DNA from: Blasia pusilla | Taxonomy: Eukaryota | Assembly: GCA_050084515.1 (NCBI GenBank) | Contig: CM114271.1 | Location: 25,916,001-25,980,000 of the forward strand | Direction of reading: 5' to 3' | DNA: 64,000 nt | Part shown: piece by piece, positions 49,391 through 63,110 of the stretch | How the letters are laid out: each line of letters begins with the position of its first letter | How positions within the stretch are numbered: position 1 is the first letter of the stretch | The notes under the pieces: generated by a model | Databases searched by the model: none | What the model was told of the DNA's origin: nothing | What the model saw: the letters and a program-made list of their open reading frames with translations, nothing else | Made by a program: the position numbers and the translations under genes

Positions 49391-51012
49391 CGGCAGCGCT
49401 TCATGTGATCACGAGCAACTAAGTGCGGTGCCATGCTTTGGACTTATGCGAAGTGCAAAGAGGCGACTCGCCGGACTTATGCAAAGCGCGAAGAGGTAGA
49501 CAAACTTCGTTAGCTCACGCGTTGTGCTCTAACCGCTGGAGCAGGGTAGTTATATCCGCACCGCCACAACCAAAAAACCGTTAAGGAGTTCGTCCACATA
49601 AGGTCTTGGCTACCACCTGGGCGGTCATTTTCATGGACGGAGTGCCTACTAAGTTGCGCAGGAGGCCGAACCGCGGACCACACAGGGACCGACCTGCGAC
49701 AGTTTGTTCAACCGCGACAATGCCTCGAGAAGCCTCAACGCCCATCATGCGAAGTGCGACCATGCGAGTGATTAAGCTTATGCCACAATTAGTTGAAGTG
49801 ATTGAGGAGCGATCATTGGCAACATTTTTCAATCCAATTGGACATTAACTTCAGGCGAGCTTCTAGGGGAGGTTCGCTCTTTGGCCGCAGCTGCCAAGTT
49901 CAAGAAGAGAGGGTTCTGATACTGCGCCCAGCCACAACATTGGACTCGGGATGATTGGAGGGCGACTTATATGCTTCTTGCTGCTCCTGAGTTTGAATAT
50001 GACACAGACTTGATGGTGAAGCACGAAGATTTGTTGGCGCTGGGCTATGTGAGGTTTGACCGCTTAGGCAGGAATGGCTATAAAGCTACATTGTTGTCTC
50101 CACCCTTGTTCGGACAATTCTTAAAGCATTTGATGATCTTGTTTTATCCTTTCCAATCTTACTACTTGACTTATAAGCTTGTCAAGATGTGCTACGTATT
50201 GTGGAATCAACATTTGGACCCCGAAGCACCAGGCATAGACTTTGCTACCCTCTTGGACGGTCAAGTATGTGGGATGATAGAAGCGCTTCATCAGAGCGTG
50301 AAGTCTTTCCTGTCACCTTTCTAAATCCACTTTTACATACATAAGCAGGAACTGAGGGCGGATGAGGCGGTGGATTGAACGCAAGTGACTCCAGTGCGCT
50401 TGCCAAAGACGCGTGAAACTTCAGCTTCGAGAAGCCGCAAAGTCATGCCAACTCACAAAGCAAGTCAAAGGCGACACCCACATACTTATGTTTTTAGCAA
50501 AGATGAGGATCGAGCCAAAATGCCAATATCAAAGGGTGGAAGGATAAACTTTGAGATGCCTTCAAACACGGACAAGGCGCCCCGAGAGGATCCAAGACTT
50601 TGGTTCCTTATCTCCTACAACACGAATAAAAATATTCACAAATGCATCGTTGAAGTTTTATTCAATTTTGAATAAGACAAACTAGTACTAGAAGATTAAG
50701 ACCAACAATCACTTTGGCCAAATTTCTTCACGCGTTTCCAATGCCTTGTATCACTAGAAGAAATCCATGGTTTTATGACTAGGTTATATGACTAAAGTGA
50801 GTCATACTTTACATACAACGACTAATAATGACTGATGACTACTCTAGACACAAAAGCCAAGTCATATTTGTATGGTGACTATGCTAACTAGGATGGTTGG
50901 CTTAGGCTGAGGTTGGTACATGACTCTAGGATGTAGTCATGAGGCCATGATTGACAGGTGACTTAGATGACATGGAATAATGCCATGTTAGCATATGACA
51001 TGGACAATTTGG

Positions 51013-52658
51013 TGTGACATGCCCTTGAGGAACGTCAATCTCTAGTATTGCGGAAGCGTACGTTGAGCATGACACACTCTCATCGCCGACATGCACCCCA
51101 AACATGCACTCTGGTTAGTCGGGTCTGGATCAGACGGCGTTCCAATCCACCGAGTCCTCAACTCAGCCTTGCGTCCCTCCTCAAGCGTCTGAGCCGCTAC
51201 CTTGAGTTTTCCCAACTGTGCGGTTGATCCCAAGACCCCAAGTTCTCGCTCACCAAGGATTGGCTCTAATACCACTTGTCGTGCACCTACTTCCTTGAAC
51301 ATCAATCTCTAGTATTATGGAAGCGTACGTTCAGCAGGATACACTCTCATCATCAACCTACACCCCAAACACGCACTCTCGTAAGTCGGGTCTGGATCAG
51401 ACGGCGTTCCAACCCACCGAGTCCTCAACTCGGCCTCTAATCAAGCTCAACCTTCCGTACTTCCTAGGTCCCCAACATGACAGGTCCTTCAAGACTTGGA
51501 ATAGACTTTCTCGTTAGTTTAGGAACCTAAAACATCAATTGGGCGCCTAGCGGTCCCAATTGTTCAACGGACCTCGTGCGAGTTCCTAACCGGGACCGAA
51601 GTAATTGAGTCTCGGTTTGAATCCAAGAGGGATGTCTTAAATCACCTCAATAGACTTGGTTCAGGTTTTCAAACCCAACTCCAAACTCTCCATCCGGTCC
51701 ATGCCCTTGAGCCGCCCTGTGGCGCCCAAAGTGGGGTTGGAGTCCCAAGCACCCTTGGAGAACTTCCCCCTTACTAGTACTTATGGGGATCTCCAAACAC
51801 CCCCTAGCTTTGGAAAAGGATGGTCGGGCCCTTCATTGTGGCCCTCAACCCGACTCTACTTATAGTCATTTTCGGGTTATTTCTCAACCGCTAATTGTGC
51901 GTTTGCAAAGATCTTTAGTGGGTATGAACTGGAATTCCATAAGCTTCCCAACGCACCTTACTCATTCCAAATGCATCTTGGCACTTAAAGTTATGGCCAT
52001 AAATATAGTCGGGAACTCTCAAACGTTAGTGTCGCGCCCTTCCTCTTCTTGAACGTCAATCTTTATTGTTGCAGAAGCGTACGTTCCGTACGCTTCTGCA
52101 ACAATAAAGATTGGGGTTGGAGTCCCAAGCATCCTTGGAGAACTTCCCCCTTACTAGTACTTATGGGGATCTCCAAACACCCCCTACCTTTGGAAAAGGA
52201 TGGTCAGGCCCTTCATTGGGGCCCTCAACCTGACTCTACTTAGAGGCACTTTTGGGTTGTTTCTCAGCCGCTACTTGTGCATTTGCAAAGATCTTTAGTG
52301 GGTATGAATTGGCATTCCATAAGCTTTCCAACGCACTCTTACTCATTCCAAACGCATCTTGGCGCTAAAAGTTATGGCCATAAATATAATCCGAAACTCT
52401 CAAACGCTAGTGGCGTTCCAAATCCGGATTCCTTGCTTTGGCAACCCACTTCCTAGACTTGACTCCTCTCAAGTCTTGAGCCGTGTTTGATCCAGGTTTA
52501 TAAGTCGCAACCACAACATATGAAATGTGAAGCCTCGCTTGGGTCTCGTCTCTTGTCTCTTCTCCGAGACGACTCCAACGCACAAACCATCTTAGCGTGA
52601 GCCTGCTAGTGTTACGATGTTCCGCTTTGGCGCTCGTTTGGTCATGAGGGTTGCGACA
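51013..52658 (-). mobile_element. Rearranged LTR cluster: LTR 52658-51277 with internal duplication, tRNA-Met PBS, ~100 bp internal remnant and partial LTR 51165-51013
   Basis: Homology to the 46132-47136 LTR; TG at 51277 and CA at 52657-52658; second LTR start at 52030. Confidence 0.85.
51261..51274 (-). promoter_or_regulatory. Primer binding site for initiator tRNA-Met
   Basis: Minus strand reads TGGTATTAGAGCCA two bases after the LTR end (canonical TGGTATCAGAGC). Confidence 0.85.
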
Positions 52659-53149
52659 CCTAATGCTTTGTTTATCCGTTCCATCTGCAATCTCACATCA
52701 TCCAAATCCACACTCCACTTCTTCTCCACTTCTTACAGCTGAATAGTGACCATGGACTCCACACTCTGCATCCATAAACCGAAGATAAATATGGTGCAGA
52801 TAAACAGACATTTCTACAACAATACAAGTAGATTAAGGCCATGGTACCTATTTGCTTACTTGCAAAAGGGGAGGGGTTAGAATAGAGCTATGCAGGTACA
52901 CTTATCGTTGAGCTTAGTTGTGTGAATCATGGTTGTTTAGGCAACTCTTCTCTCTCCATAGATTCTAGCGCCGTGCTCAAGGATCCCTTTGGCATACGAT
53001 GTGGCACTTGCACATGCTCCTTAACGATATCACACTCCTAAATTTCATGGATGCGGAAGGTTTAAATGAAATATTGAAAATGAAATAATAATGAAAATTA
53101 TGCATGTTCCGGGAACTTTTGCAAAGAAACTCGAAAATGCCAAGATGAC

Positions 53150-53620
53150 TTACATCAAGTCCATCTAGACCTGCACGGCCGGAGTGATTTAAAATATGAC
53201 CTTGGCCCTTGGTCGACCCATCTTTTCTGCCTTCATTTTGCCATCCTCTTAGAGCCAATAATCTACTAATCGATTCCATGACTCCTCATCGATATCAGGG
53301 TGACACCAGATTGCGCGATGAGCCCCATGTTGTGTCCAATAGTTCTTGACATTGGACCGTTCTGTTTTCATGAGTTGTGCTATTATTTTCTTCAAAAATT
53401 CAAGGGAAATAGATGATGCACCCACATATGTATATGCCTCAAGGATGTGATTCTGGACGGCAGCCATGCTGACAACATTCTATTTACTAATCTCAATGCA
53501 TGAAAAAATCCAAGTACCTCATCGCCCATACCTTCAAATCATTTAGCCAAGGCCCATTACCTGGAACTTTAGGCGAAAAAATACCATTGGGCATAAGCTC
53601 GCATCTAGGTTTTAATTTTT
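53150..53620 (-). mobile_element. CACTA-associated Ptta/En/Spm (Transposase_24-like) ORF remnant
   Basis: WCHPDIDEESWNRLVDYWL*EDGKMKAEKM..RAKV..HSGRAG resembles the P..I...W..LV.YW...H..GR.G pattern; disrupted. Confidence 0.5.
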
Positions 53621-54789
53621 GCTCCTTCCTAATGTCTCGAAGACATCACGAGCCCACAAGTCGCGCTTTGTGCAACTCCGCCGTTCTCCTACAAGGCCAC
53701 CAATATTCAAGAACTCAAATAAAACATAGACTCACCAAATCAGAATTCTAATTTCCTAGCCTAAATTCTAAAACTTCAAAAGTATATCCAACCATAGTTA
53801 ATAGAATGAGAACACTATCATTTCTCCAAAAAGAATAAATTTGTTATAGTATTTAATCAACCATCCAACAAGTCTGGACTATGTAAACTATGGTAACTAT
53901 GCAAACAACCTTTCCTAATATCAATTATGAAACTTCAAAAGTGTTTTCAATCATAGCGGAAGATGAATTGTGCACCCATAAACTTCAGCCCAGCAAGTCT
54001 TGGCTATACGGGTACTCCTATAGCATTGCTAAAGTTTACAAACTTGTAATGAGAAACATTGTTTCATCCCCCAAAAATTTGGAAATCTCCGGAACTATGT
54101 AACCAAAGCTTGGCAAGTCAAGAACGACCACTTATTCTGTTATCACATGTAGGTCAAAAAATAAGAATTGGAGAATACAACATTATCTGACAAACCTTAA
54201 GAATTTGTACGAACTCCGTATACCATGTGATGAACCTCTCATGGTATCAGTTCATAACATTAAAATACCACCCAACCATTATAATTGAGACATGTGCCTC
54301 GGAAAACTTCATTCTAGCCAATCTAGATTGTATAAGTACTACTGTAATATTTATTAAGTTAAGAAACTCATAGTGAGAACTCCGTCTCATTTCTAAACAC
54401 AACATAAATCTGTTGAGCTATGTAACTAACGAGGCTATCAAATCTGGACTATAAGAGTACCACCATATGAGTCATCACTAAAGTTCAATAACAAAGGTTG
54501 AGAGAATATTGTATCATATCTAAGAAATCGGAATTCTTCTAATTAAAGAACATTATATAATCCCTCCAAAATTCACAACTTCTGAACCATGTAACTAACG
54601 AGCCTAGCAAGTCATGACTTTATGAGTACCACCTTATCTATCATCACATGGAGTTAAAAAACTGTCAATGGGAGAATATTGCATCATTTGTCAAACTTCT
54701 AAATTCGGATGAATTATGTAAACTTTGTGACAAACCTCTCTTGGTATGAGTTTAGGAACTTCTATTGTCCACCTAACCATCATAATTTA

Positions 54790-55660
54790 TACATGTGCCT
54801 TTGTAATCTTCAGCTTAGCAAGTGTGGACTCTATTAGTACCAATGTAACATTTCTGAAGTTAAGAAACTTAAAATCTGAACTCCTCAATAGGAAGCTATA
54901 CTCCTTAAGCTTCATTTTGCCCGCTGCAGCTCTCTCTCTCACTAGAGTCACCCACATTTGATCCACCTTGATCCTCTTCAAATTTTATTCCCAAGTATTT
55001 GTAAGTTGTTGGTCTAGGAGCTAGTTGTCCTTGGAGCAAAAAGGTAAGTCTATCATGTGTCCTCTCCTCCCAAGATTTTTCAAAGGCCGACACCCCACAC
55101 TTGCTGATTCCAATCGTCTAGTCCCATAGCTCTGCCCATTAGTTGTCTTGTTCTATTCTCCTTGTAATGGGCCCTCCTTTTCCTTTGTTCTCGCAACATC
55201 ATCCGCGAAGAGCAGACCAGGCATTCTGATTCCTATAACTCTTGGTATCGCTAGGCCTCCCTCATCTAGTTCCATTAAGTCGTTGATGTATATGTTATAC
55301 AAAGTTGGCAAGAGGGTGTCACCTTGTCGCACCCCTCTTTATATTGAAATTACCGTACTTTGGAACTTTCTAATGAGGGTTTGGAAGGTCAAGTTCTCAT
55401 ATATTCTCCAAGCACACTCCACGGTTCATCCTCTGACTCCTGCTGCCTCTAGCTTGTAGAAGAGTGTGGGATTGAGTCATATACCTTCTTGAAGTCAATG
55501 AAGCACACCCATGTTTGCAGTTTAGCCGCCTATTGTCATGAGGATTCACACCTCTTTTAGTGCTTATACTTGTGCCATGCTTTCTTGGTCTGATCAAAAT
55601 CCTGCTTCTTCCAGCCTTCGGGTAATCCTACTATTCAGGATCGTGGTGAGCAATTTCAGT
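54790..55660 (-). mobile_element. LINE reverse transcriptase fragment
   Basis: GVRQGDTLLPTLYNIYINDL..GLLFADD and YKYLG motifs on the minus strand; disrupted. Confidence 0.85.
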
Positions 55661-58600
55661 AGGAGGTGCTCGGCATTGAAAATAGTGAAAAGAGCTTACC
55701 GGAAGGTCTTGAGGAAGATCTATTGTTGTTGTTTCTTCTTTCTCTATCACGGCTTATTCCCCCCTCCCCACATAATACCCACACCAAATTCTTCACCATA
55801 ATTGTAAAATGTGCCTTTGGTCTAGGTGGAAGAATAAACTACTGAAGGAGTGAGATTTTTTTGTATCTATTGATTGATGGTCTTAACAAACTTTGTCTGG
55901 CAATGACCTCTCATGACAAATACATACTTCTTCAGATTTACATCCTTGGGTTACAAATTGTTGCTGATAGGACGGGTACAAATATCCACTTGTAGATGTT
56001 GATCCACTAAAACAACAAAGTCGGGTAAATTGGCATAAGAAATTCACCACGTGCTCCTTATGTGTTTGACTATTGTGTGTAATCAATCAGTGCTCCAAAT
56101 TTTGCACGTCACAATCCATATGGAATTTCTTGACTGTTTGAGGACCCCTATCTATGGCCAACATCTCCATGGTTTGGCAATCTCTATCCACCAAAATATG
56201 TTGTTACCTTTGTTGTGGAAGTAGTAGCAACACTTGGTCCAATGGGTTGGCCGGTGTGTGGAATACTTTCTTTCTGGTTTGCATATGTCCCAAACTGTCC
56301 AAACCCGTGCTTTCCTTTAGCCACACCCAAATCTGCCCGAGTTTTGGAAGCCCCTCTTTGTGCCTATTGTGATCAGCTAGAAGGATCCCAAGGTGTAGAG
56401 GTTGCTAGCCGTTGGGTGTTCCACTTTGATATGCTAAGGTTTCCAAAACCTTATGAGGGAAACTCCATGTTTTCCACCCCCTGTGCCTGATCCCCATTCC
56501 AATCCTTTTGGCCACTTTGAGCTCCATCATCAGCAGTTGGTGACAAGGGCACACAAGGGCTAGACTTTGCAAACTTGCATCCTTTCTATAACCTTCACCT
56601 TTGTCACAATCGTATAAATGTATCGCATGATCACTTTTTTTATGTAGAAAGGTAAGCTCCTTACCCTTCAACTCTTCTTTAAGTTCATCCAATAATTCAT
56701 CCAAGACTTTAACTATGACAATATCTTGCGTATCCTCACACCTATCTTCACCCTTTACGTTGGAGTCATCTTTTCTTGGACCATGCTCTTCATTCGCTCC
56801 ACACGCCAACGGCTCCTTCTTCACTAGATTCACTGCCATGGGGCCTCTAACAACATCCTCTTCACCAACAAGTGAAGTCTCCACCTTTACTTCCTTGAAG
56901 ATGATACCCAAGCGGCTAATATTGATTTTGGAAAATTCAGGTCTCATCTTACTCTATTAACCTCAACAATTATAAAATTAGAGAGAAATCAATATTCATT
57001 AATGAGATAAGTATGAATGAATCATAACATGAGAGAAATGTTCCTTTTCACATGCATATCCAACTAGTTCTCCTTTCCAATAAGCATGTGAACCTACCAA
57101 AAAGACACCAATGCTCAAATGTGTCCACTAGATAGAACATGACTTACTCACATGACACTTTGGAGGGAATTCTCAGGTTGGTCTTGAACTTAACAATAAA
57201 GCCTTGTTTTAACCTCTGAGAATTCCATACTTGTGAATCAACCTTGTTTGCTTCATGAGTATGACTTGTGAATCAAATGAGGTTTCAACGATTTGCGATC
57301 CCAACCCTCGGATTCATTTGCAAGGATCTAAATAAGTTAACCAAATGAGGATTCACACCATGGCAAAGTAAGATTATGAAAGGCATGCTTTATGAACCAT
57401 AGCATGAGGACTTTGAGAAGTAAATCACACAATTCAAACTCTCGCTTTAGAATTGTCAACATAACTCCAACTCCACTCTCCCTTTGTTTCTCTTTCTTGG
57501 TTCTAGGTCATAAGACTTGCTTGATATCAAGCATTATCTTTCTATAAACATAAGTTGCCAAATCCACTACCAATATCAACCCTTCCCAAGCCCAACACGC
57601 CATTGAAAGCATGCTATTCGGGAAACAATCAAGATTTGCTTTCATATGAAAGCACGAGTTCAACTATGTTAATATTAAGCAAAAGGATTTCCGTTTCGAA
57701 TATGAATGCTTATACCCATGGCTAATTTCTCTATTTTTTTCAAATACTTGCAATAGAGCTTAGGCTCTTTTTGCTCTATGTTGATGCTCCATAGACAAAT
57801 AACTTCCCACATTTCGGTATTTGAAAGCTCTCGTAATTAATTTTGGGGATATACACATGCTATACTCTTACCCATTGTTAGAGTACTTACTACGGATGAT
57901 ACGCTCCGAAGTGTTTGGGTTGAATGTGCTCAAGAAGTAGTTCACCATCTCCTGATTACACTTGGTCCAAAACACCTAGCATTCCATACCCCGTCGATCT
58001 ATATCCATTATGAGTAATTTATCCTTGTCAAAATTGTAGTCTAGTATGGAAAAATCCACGGTGTGATTGACATCTTCACATGGATAGGCTTCAGCCATTA
58101 CCGTGACGTACACCCTTATTTCACAAACAAGAATCCTAGAATCTTGCTCCCCAACAACATTTCACTAGGGAAAAATATTTACTATTGATTAACCTACTTT
58201 AATAAAAGCATGATAGCCACTAAGTACCTCCACACCTTGTAGACAACAACTATATAGGATGACGGACGACTATATATATGCATGAGCCACCTGCTAGCTA
58301 TATACATACAAGGAGTGGTACGGGGTTAAATACACTCAACATGCTATGAAATCCCAACCCCATTGACGTACAAGGAAGTCAAATCCATGTTCACTTGGCT
58401 CATGCAACTTAAAAAAGGGGAAATATAGTTGCTAGAGCAATGAATGGAAGAAAAACCTATGGAGGAAGTTCTATCAATGTATAGAAAACTTGGTGAGAAG
58501 ACGAGTATATTGACAAAGAAAACTATAAATAACTCTATGGAGCGAGAAGAACACACGACTAAAAGATGATGATTGTGAGCAAATATGATGGTACCTTAAA

Positions 58601-59444
58601 GGATGAGTTGAGAGAATCAACTGAAAGAGGCTCCGTTTGAGCAAGAAAAGTTGAGAGTTCAGGGGAACATAATTAGGATAGGCCAACAACGAGCAAAGAA
58701 ACGATGGCAAGAGGAAATTTGATAGAAAAATAGGGTATGGCAGCTTTCGATATGGTTTGCAAGCCTCTCCAACGAACACGGTTACAACATGCACGTGACA
58801 CACTCACTTGCACGACCCAAAAAAAAGACCAAACAAATTTGGGGTCGCTATGGGATAGGGAGGGAGGAATAAATAACTCTCGAGCGTGCAACATAGGGAA
58901 AAACACTCTCACTCTCTCATTCAATTGAGTTGTAGAAGAAGCTGGCAAAAGGAAAAATTGTTAATCGAGGGAGAAACGAAGCACAAATTTCAACTTGGCC
59001 ATGTCATTCTATCCTCCAAGGATTCCATTCCAAGTTCTAATCTCACACCAACTTTGCTTGTCCCTAAGGGAATTGACATTTATTTCAATTTAGCTTACCT
59101 CTTGGTCAGAGTGAGAGAGAGAGTAGTTTAAGTTAAAGAGGCGTTGCCTCATCCTACTGGGAGTTGTGCTTCAAGTAGGTCTATATAAATCAACCATACC
59201 TAGAGTGTGTTGAAGTAGAAGGACTTTTTTCCTTTAAAAAATTGTAATGTGTTTTTCTAGGGATTAACAAATTATTTTGATCATGATTTTTATGTCTCTT
59301 GTCACATCCTAGTTAGACGAGGAGTCAACCTGGAGTCCCTTTTGGGACTCGGAGGACGAGGGGTTGGCCATACCAACTAGATTTGAACCTATACCTCCTC
59401 CTTCCCGAACATCGAGTCTGGGGCCTAGCAGTTGAATTCCCCCA

Positions 59445-60275
59445 ATGGCCAATACTAGGAAGACGTTGCTAAGATATCCCACGTTTGCGAGAGGACGAAG
59501 AGATGACCTTGATATTTTTGTGCTCGAGTTTACCCTTGTAGCTAAGGGTAAAGGGGAAGGCTCGGAGGAAGATTTGTTACGGGTATTCTCGGGCCTGCTA
59601 AAGAAGTGAGCAAGCCAGTGATACGAGGGCCTAGGAGCTGAGGTCACCGAAACCTTGAAGAGGGTACTGAAGGCCTTCCTTCATGAGTTCCGAGACTTGG
59701 AGTTCGAGGGTAGGGTATACACCCAAAGATTCCAAAGCATAGTAAACAAACTCGAACACACAACTACCTCGCAGTTGGTAGATTGGTTTGTGTCTAGACT
59801 ATTCAAGGAAATGGACCGGTACTACCACCGAGGCCAATGAGATTCCCTAGAAGCGGTCATTGCATCCACACAAGCGTGCAAAGCCTCCGAGAAATCTCGC
59901 AAGACGCAACGATGACATCACCAACGGCGAGGCGCTTCGCAGACAAGTTCTTCGTCTGAGGACGAAGCGTCCTCTATAGACACCAAAGTTTCTACCGACG
60001 ATACTACAGAGTCGTCAGACTGCGGAGAAGACTCGAAGTCCAGGCAGAAGGAAAAGAGCGCACGCCACCGCTCTTCCAAGCGTGGGTGGAAAACTAGGCC
60101 TGCAAAGCATGTCATTCAGAAGTGTGTAAGTCCTGTACGTGGGACCATGAGGAAGGCAGGCAAGTCAGCCACTGAGGAGTTAAGTAAACAAATGGCAGAG
60201 TTGAAGATGCATCTGATGGCCCAAAAGGAACCCCGAAGAAGACCACGTCTTATGAAGCCGAACGTATGGTGCATT
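59445..60275 (+). mobile_element. Degenerate Ty3/gypsy gag fragment
   Basis: YPTF..DDLDIFVLEF..LKAFLHEF..YTQRFQSIV..WFVSRL is a retrotransposon gag-like pattern with stops. Confidence 0.6.
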
Positions 60276-61381
60276 GCCTCACAGAGATCTCAACAAGAAG
60301 ATGTCTTCTCCTACTTTCGGAATTCAATCTGTCTTGGCTGGCCACCCTCTGTCAAACATAATTCTTACAACTTGTTGTTGATTATTCTAGAGGTGAAAGT
60401 GCTCTCCCAATCTACTCCTCACTCTGCAGATCAAATAAGATGATTCACGAATACACGTCGCACATCAGAATGAAGAATGGGAATCCTTTACTATTCCATC
60501 AAGAATGAGAAAGCTTCAAAATGTATACAAGCACAAGAAGGTAGTACTCCCTTGCTTGGACCATTCCTATAGCATAAGGACTTCGTGAGAGAATGAGGAT
60601 AATAACTACGTTGGTGGTCTTTAAATATCCTTTGAGACAGTAGTAGGCCTAAAGATCTGAAGCGCCTCTTGTGAATCTAGTATCTATTGGGATCTTGTTA
60701 CCACTTTGATCTACGGTTCTCTGAATTTTTCCTATGATTCCTATGAATCCGCTGGTTGTAACAGTCCTACCTTCCTATCTACTTCAAAAAGTCACGTCTC
60801 TTCCTAGCCTAACTACTCTTACTGTGTGTCACTTGAAATCGTGAACAATCTTATCTCTACTGCAAAGTCATAACCTCTTCTTCTTCCTTTGATAACGAAG
60901 CTCTTCCTCTTCTTTCCAAGACGAAGGGCTAAATTATTCGCGATTATCCCAAGTGCTTCGTTCTTCCTTCTACCTTCTTTCCTTGAAGCACTATTGCTTC
61001 GTCTTCGTGCTTCGTTGAAGAGCGAATTACTTCTTCCTCTTCTTCTTTATCGTGCTTTGTTCAAGAACGAAGCACTTCATAAACCAGTTCTTTATTAAGC
61101 TTCCTTGTCTTTGCCAAGCTTCACTCTTGATCTCGAAACTTCGTGAATTCTCTTCCCTCTCCTCCAAGGCAAATTCTTGATGTTCCACCTCTCTACCTTA
61201 TCCTAGGAGCTTCATAGTCACTTCCAATACTCCTCATTCTTCCAATACGCAAGAATAATATTCAAGATAGTCTTGTATATACAAACTTTACTTCAAAGAA
61301 TCTTCATTCCGAAAGAGATCTATTCTCAGTTTGAATAAAAATATATTGATCTCCAAAATTTATAAAATTGTGGGTATCACA

Positions 61382-61442
61382 ATAGCACAGGCACGACGAG
61401 GCTCGACATGCCAATGTAGATTAAGGAGTGGAGTTTTAGGCC
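61382..61442 (+). repeat. Short fragment of repeat B
   Basis: ATAGCACAGG..GACGAGGCTCGACATGCCAATGTAGATTAAGGAGTGGAGTTTTAGGCC matches ~18983-19043. Confidence 0.85.
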
Positions 61443-63041
61443 AGATATCCAAGACATGTTTGACCTCAATCAATATTCAAATAGTCCCATAAAACATCAA
61501 ACATAGTGTTGCCTAATGTTGTCTAGTATCAATCCTTGTTCTTTCGTTTACAAAAAAAATAAATGAAAAATGACAATAGAATGCTTTCCATTCAGTTGGC
61601 TACGGGCAATAGGAAAGGTGAAATGTTTCCATAAGCTACTCAATTAAATAACTATAATTCTCTTTGGTAGTTAAACAACTCCTTCCAAAATTGTGATATG
61701 ATAAGAGATGAAATGCTATCCATATTTTTCATAAATGAAACTCTTCAAACATATTTTGAAATTGAATTTCCAAAAATATATAAAGACTCTCATTATGGCT
61801 GCCCACGACAACATCATAATTTTCTTTGGAGTTAGTATCAATCATGGGAAAGATGCAATACTTGCCATTACCTGGTCAATTATTCTAACTAGAATTATGT
61901 TTCCTAGGTAACATATCAAGCATGACATCTTGTCCTGGATATCCTAACAGTTAGCTAGAATGCCTTCCACTTCTTCCAAATTGATATAGCTTTCTTTTAT
62001 ATCCCCTCCCTAAATACTGTATTTAAACCTCTCCTTCCAAACTTAGCAAATGGGAAAGCTATAATGCTTTCCACTTGTTATACAAATAGTATCACTTCTC
62101 CAACTATACAACTAAGTATCAACACATGTGGGTGTGTCGTGGGAGGGGTGGAATACTTTACATTTATAAATAACTCCAACTCAACATTTATTTTAATAAT
62201 TCTTTCATATGGTGGTATTTACAAAATGAAAGCCACAAATATTCTCAAAACATAAACTAAGATACACAATAACTACCCTATAACATGTCCTATGACATAG
62301 CTAGAATGCATTCCATTTCCTATAAAGTGAGTAGATCATAAAAAAAAAATTGGAATACCTGTAGCAAATTGTAAAAATTCCTCCTAGACTTGTACTATCA
62401 TCAAAGCTGCAATGCTTCCATTGTCTTCCACTAGCCTCTTCAAATATAATCTGAAATTGAATATTAAAACATTATGAAAAGTCCCAATATGGCTTTGCAC
62501 GAAAACGTAATCATTTATGTTCATTATGCTATCGGTTGCGGGGAAGGTGGATCACTTGCCATAAGCAACTAAAATAAACTAGAATTCCATTTTATTGTAA
62601 TATATCCAGTAGAACATATTGCCCCGTGTATCCTAACAAATAGTTGGAATGCCTTTCATGTCTACAAAATAACTATAGCATTACTTGAATAATGGTGAAG
62701 GTGGAATGCTCTACATTAGCGTAATAATAATTCCACTGAATAGCTCATGTATCTCGCAAAGCGCGTCGCCCTATATTTCCTATAATATAGTTGAAAAACC
62801 TTCCATTTTCAACCACATAACTCTAATATATTATACTTAAACCACTCCTCACAAAGTTATCAAGTGGTAAAGGTAAGGGTATAAAACTTTCCATTACCAA
62901 CCCACAATAGTATAATATTGCTACCCTAAATGCCTTAGGAAAGATAGCAAGGCTTTATAAATAGGAATGCTAGAAGAAGACAGCTGGAATGTCTTCCTTT
63001 TGCTACCAGATACTAGAATGCCTCCCTTCCATATTTATGGT

Positions 63042-63110
63042 ATATAAAATATGATATGTAGGGATTGAAATGTTAATGACATTTCAATCCCTACATATCA
63101 TATTTTATAT
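63042..63110. repeat. Perfect 32-bp inverted repeat with a 5-nt loop
   Basis: 63042-63073 is the exact reverse complement of 63079-63110. Confidence 0.95.

Noticed and set aside
55850-58800. Scattered retroelement-like ORF fragments
   Set aside because: Too degenerate to assign domains or boundaries with confidence.
60270-61381. Possible LTR ending GGGTATCACA
   Set aside because: No matching start, second copy or TSD in the window.
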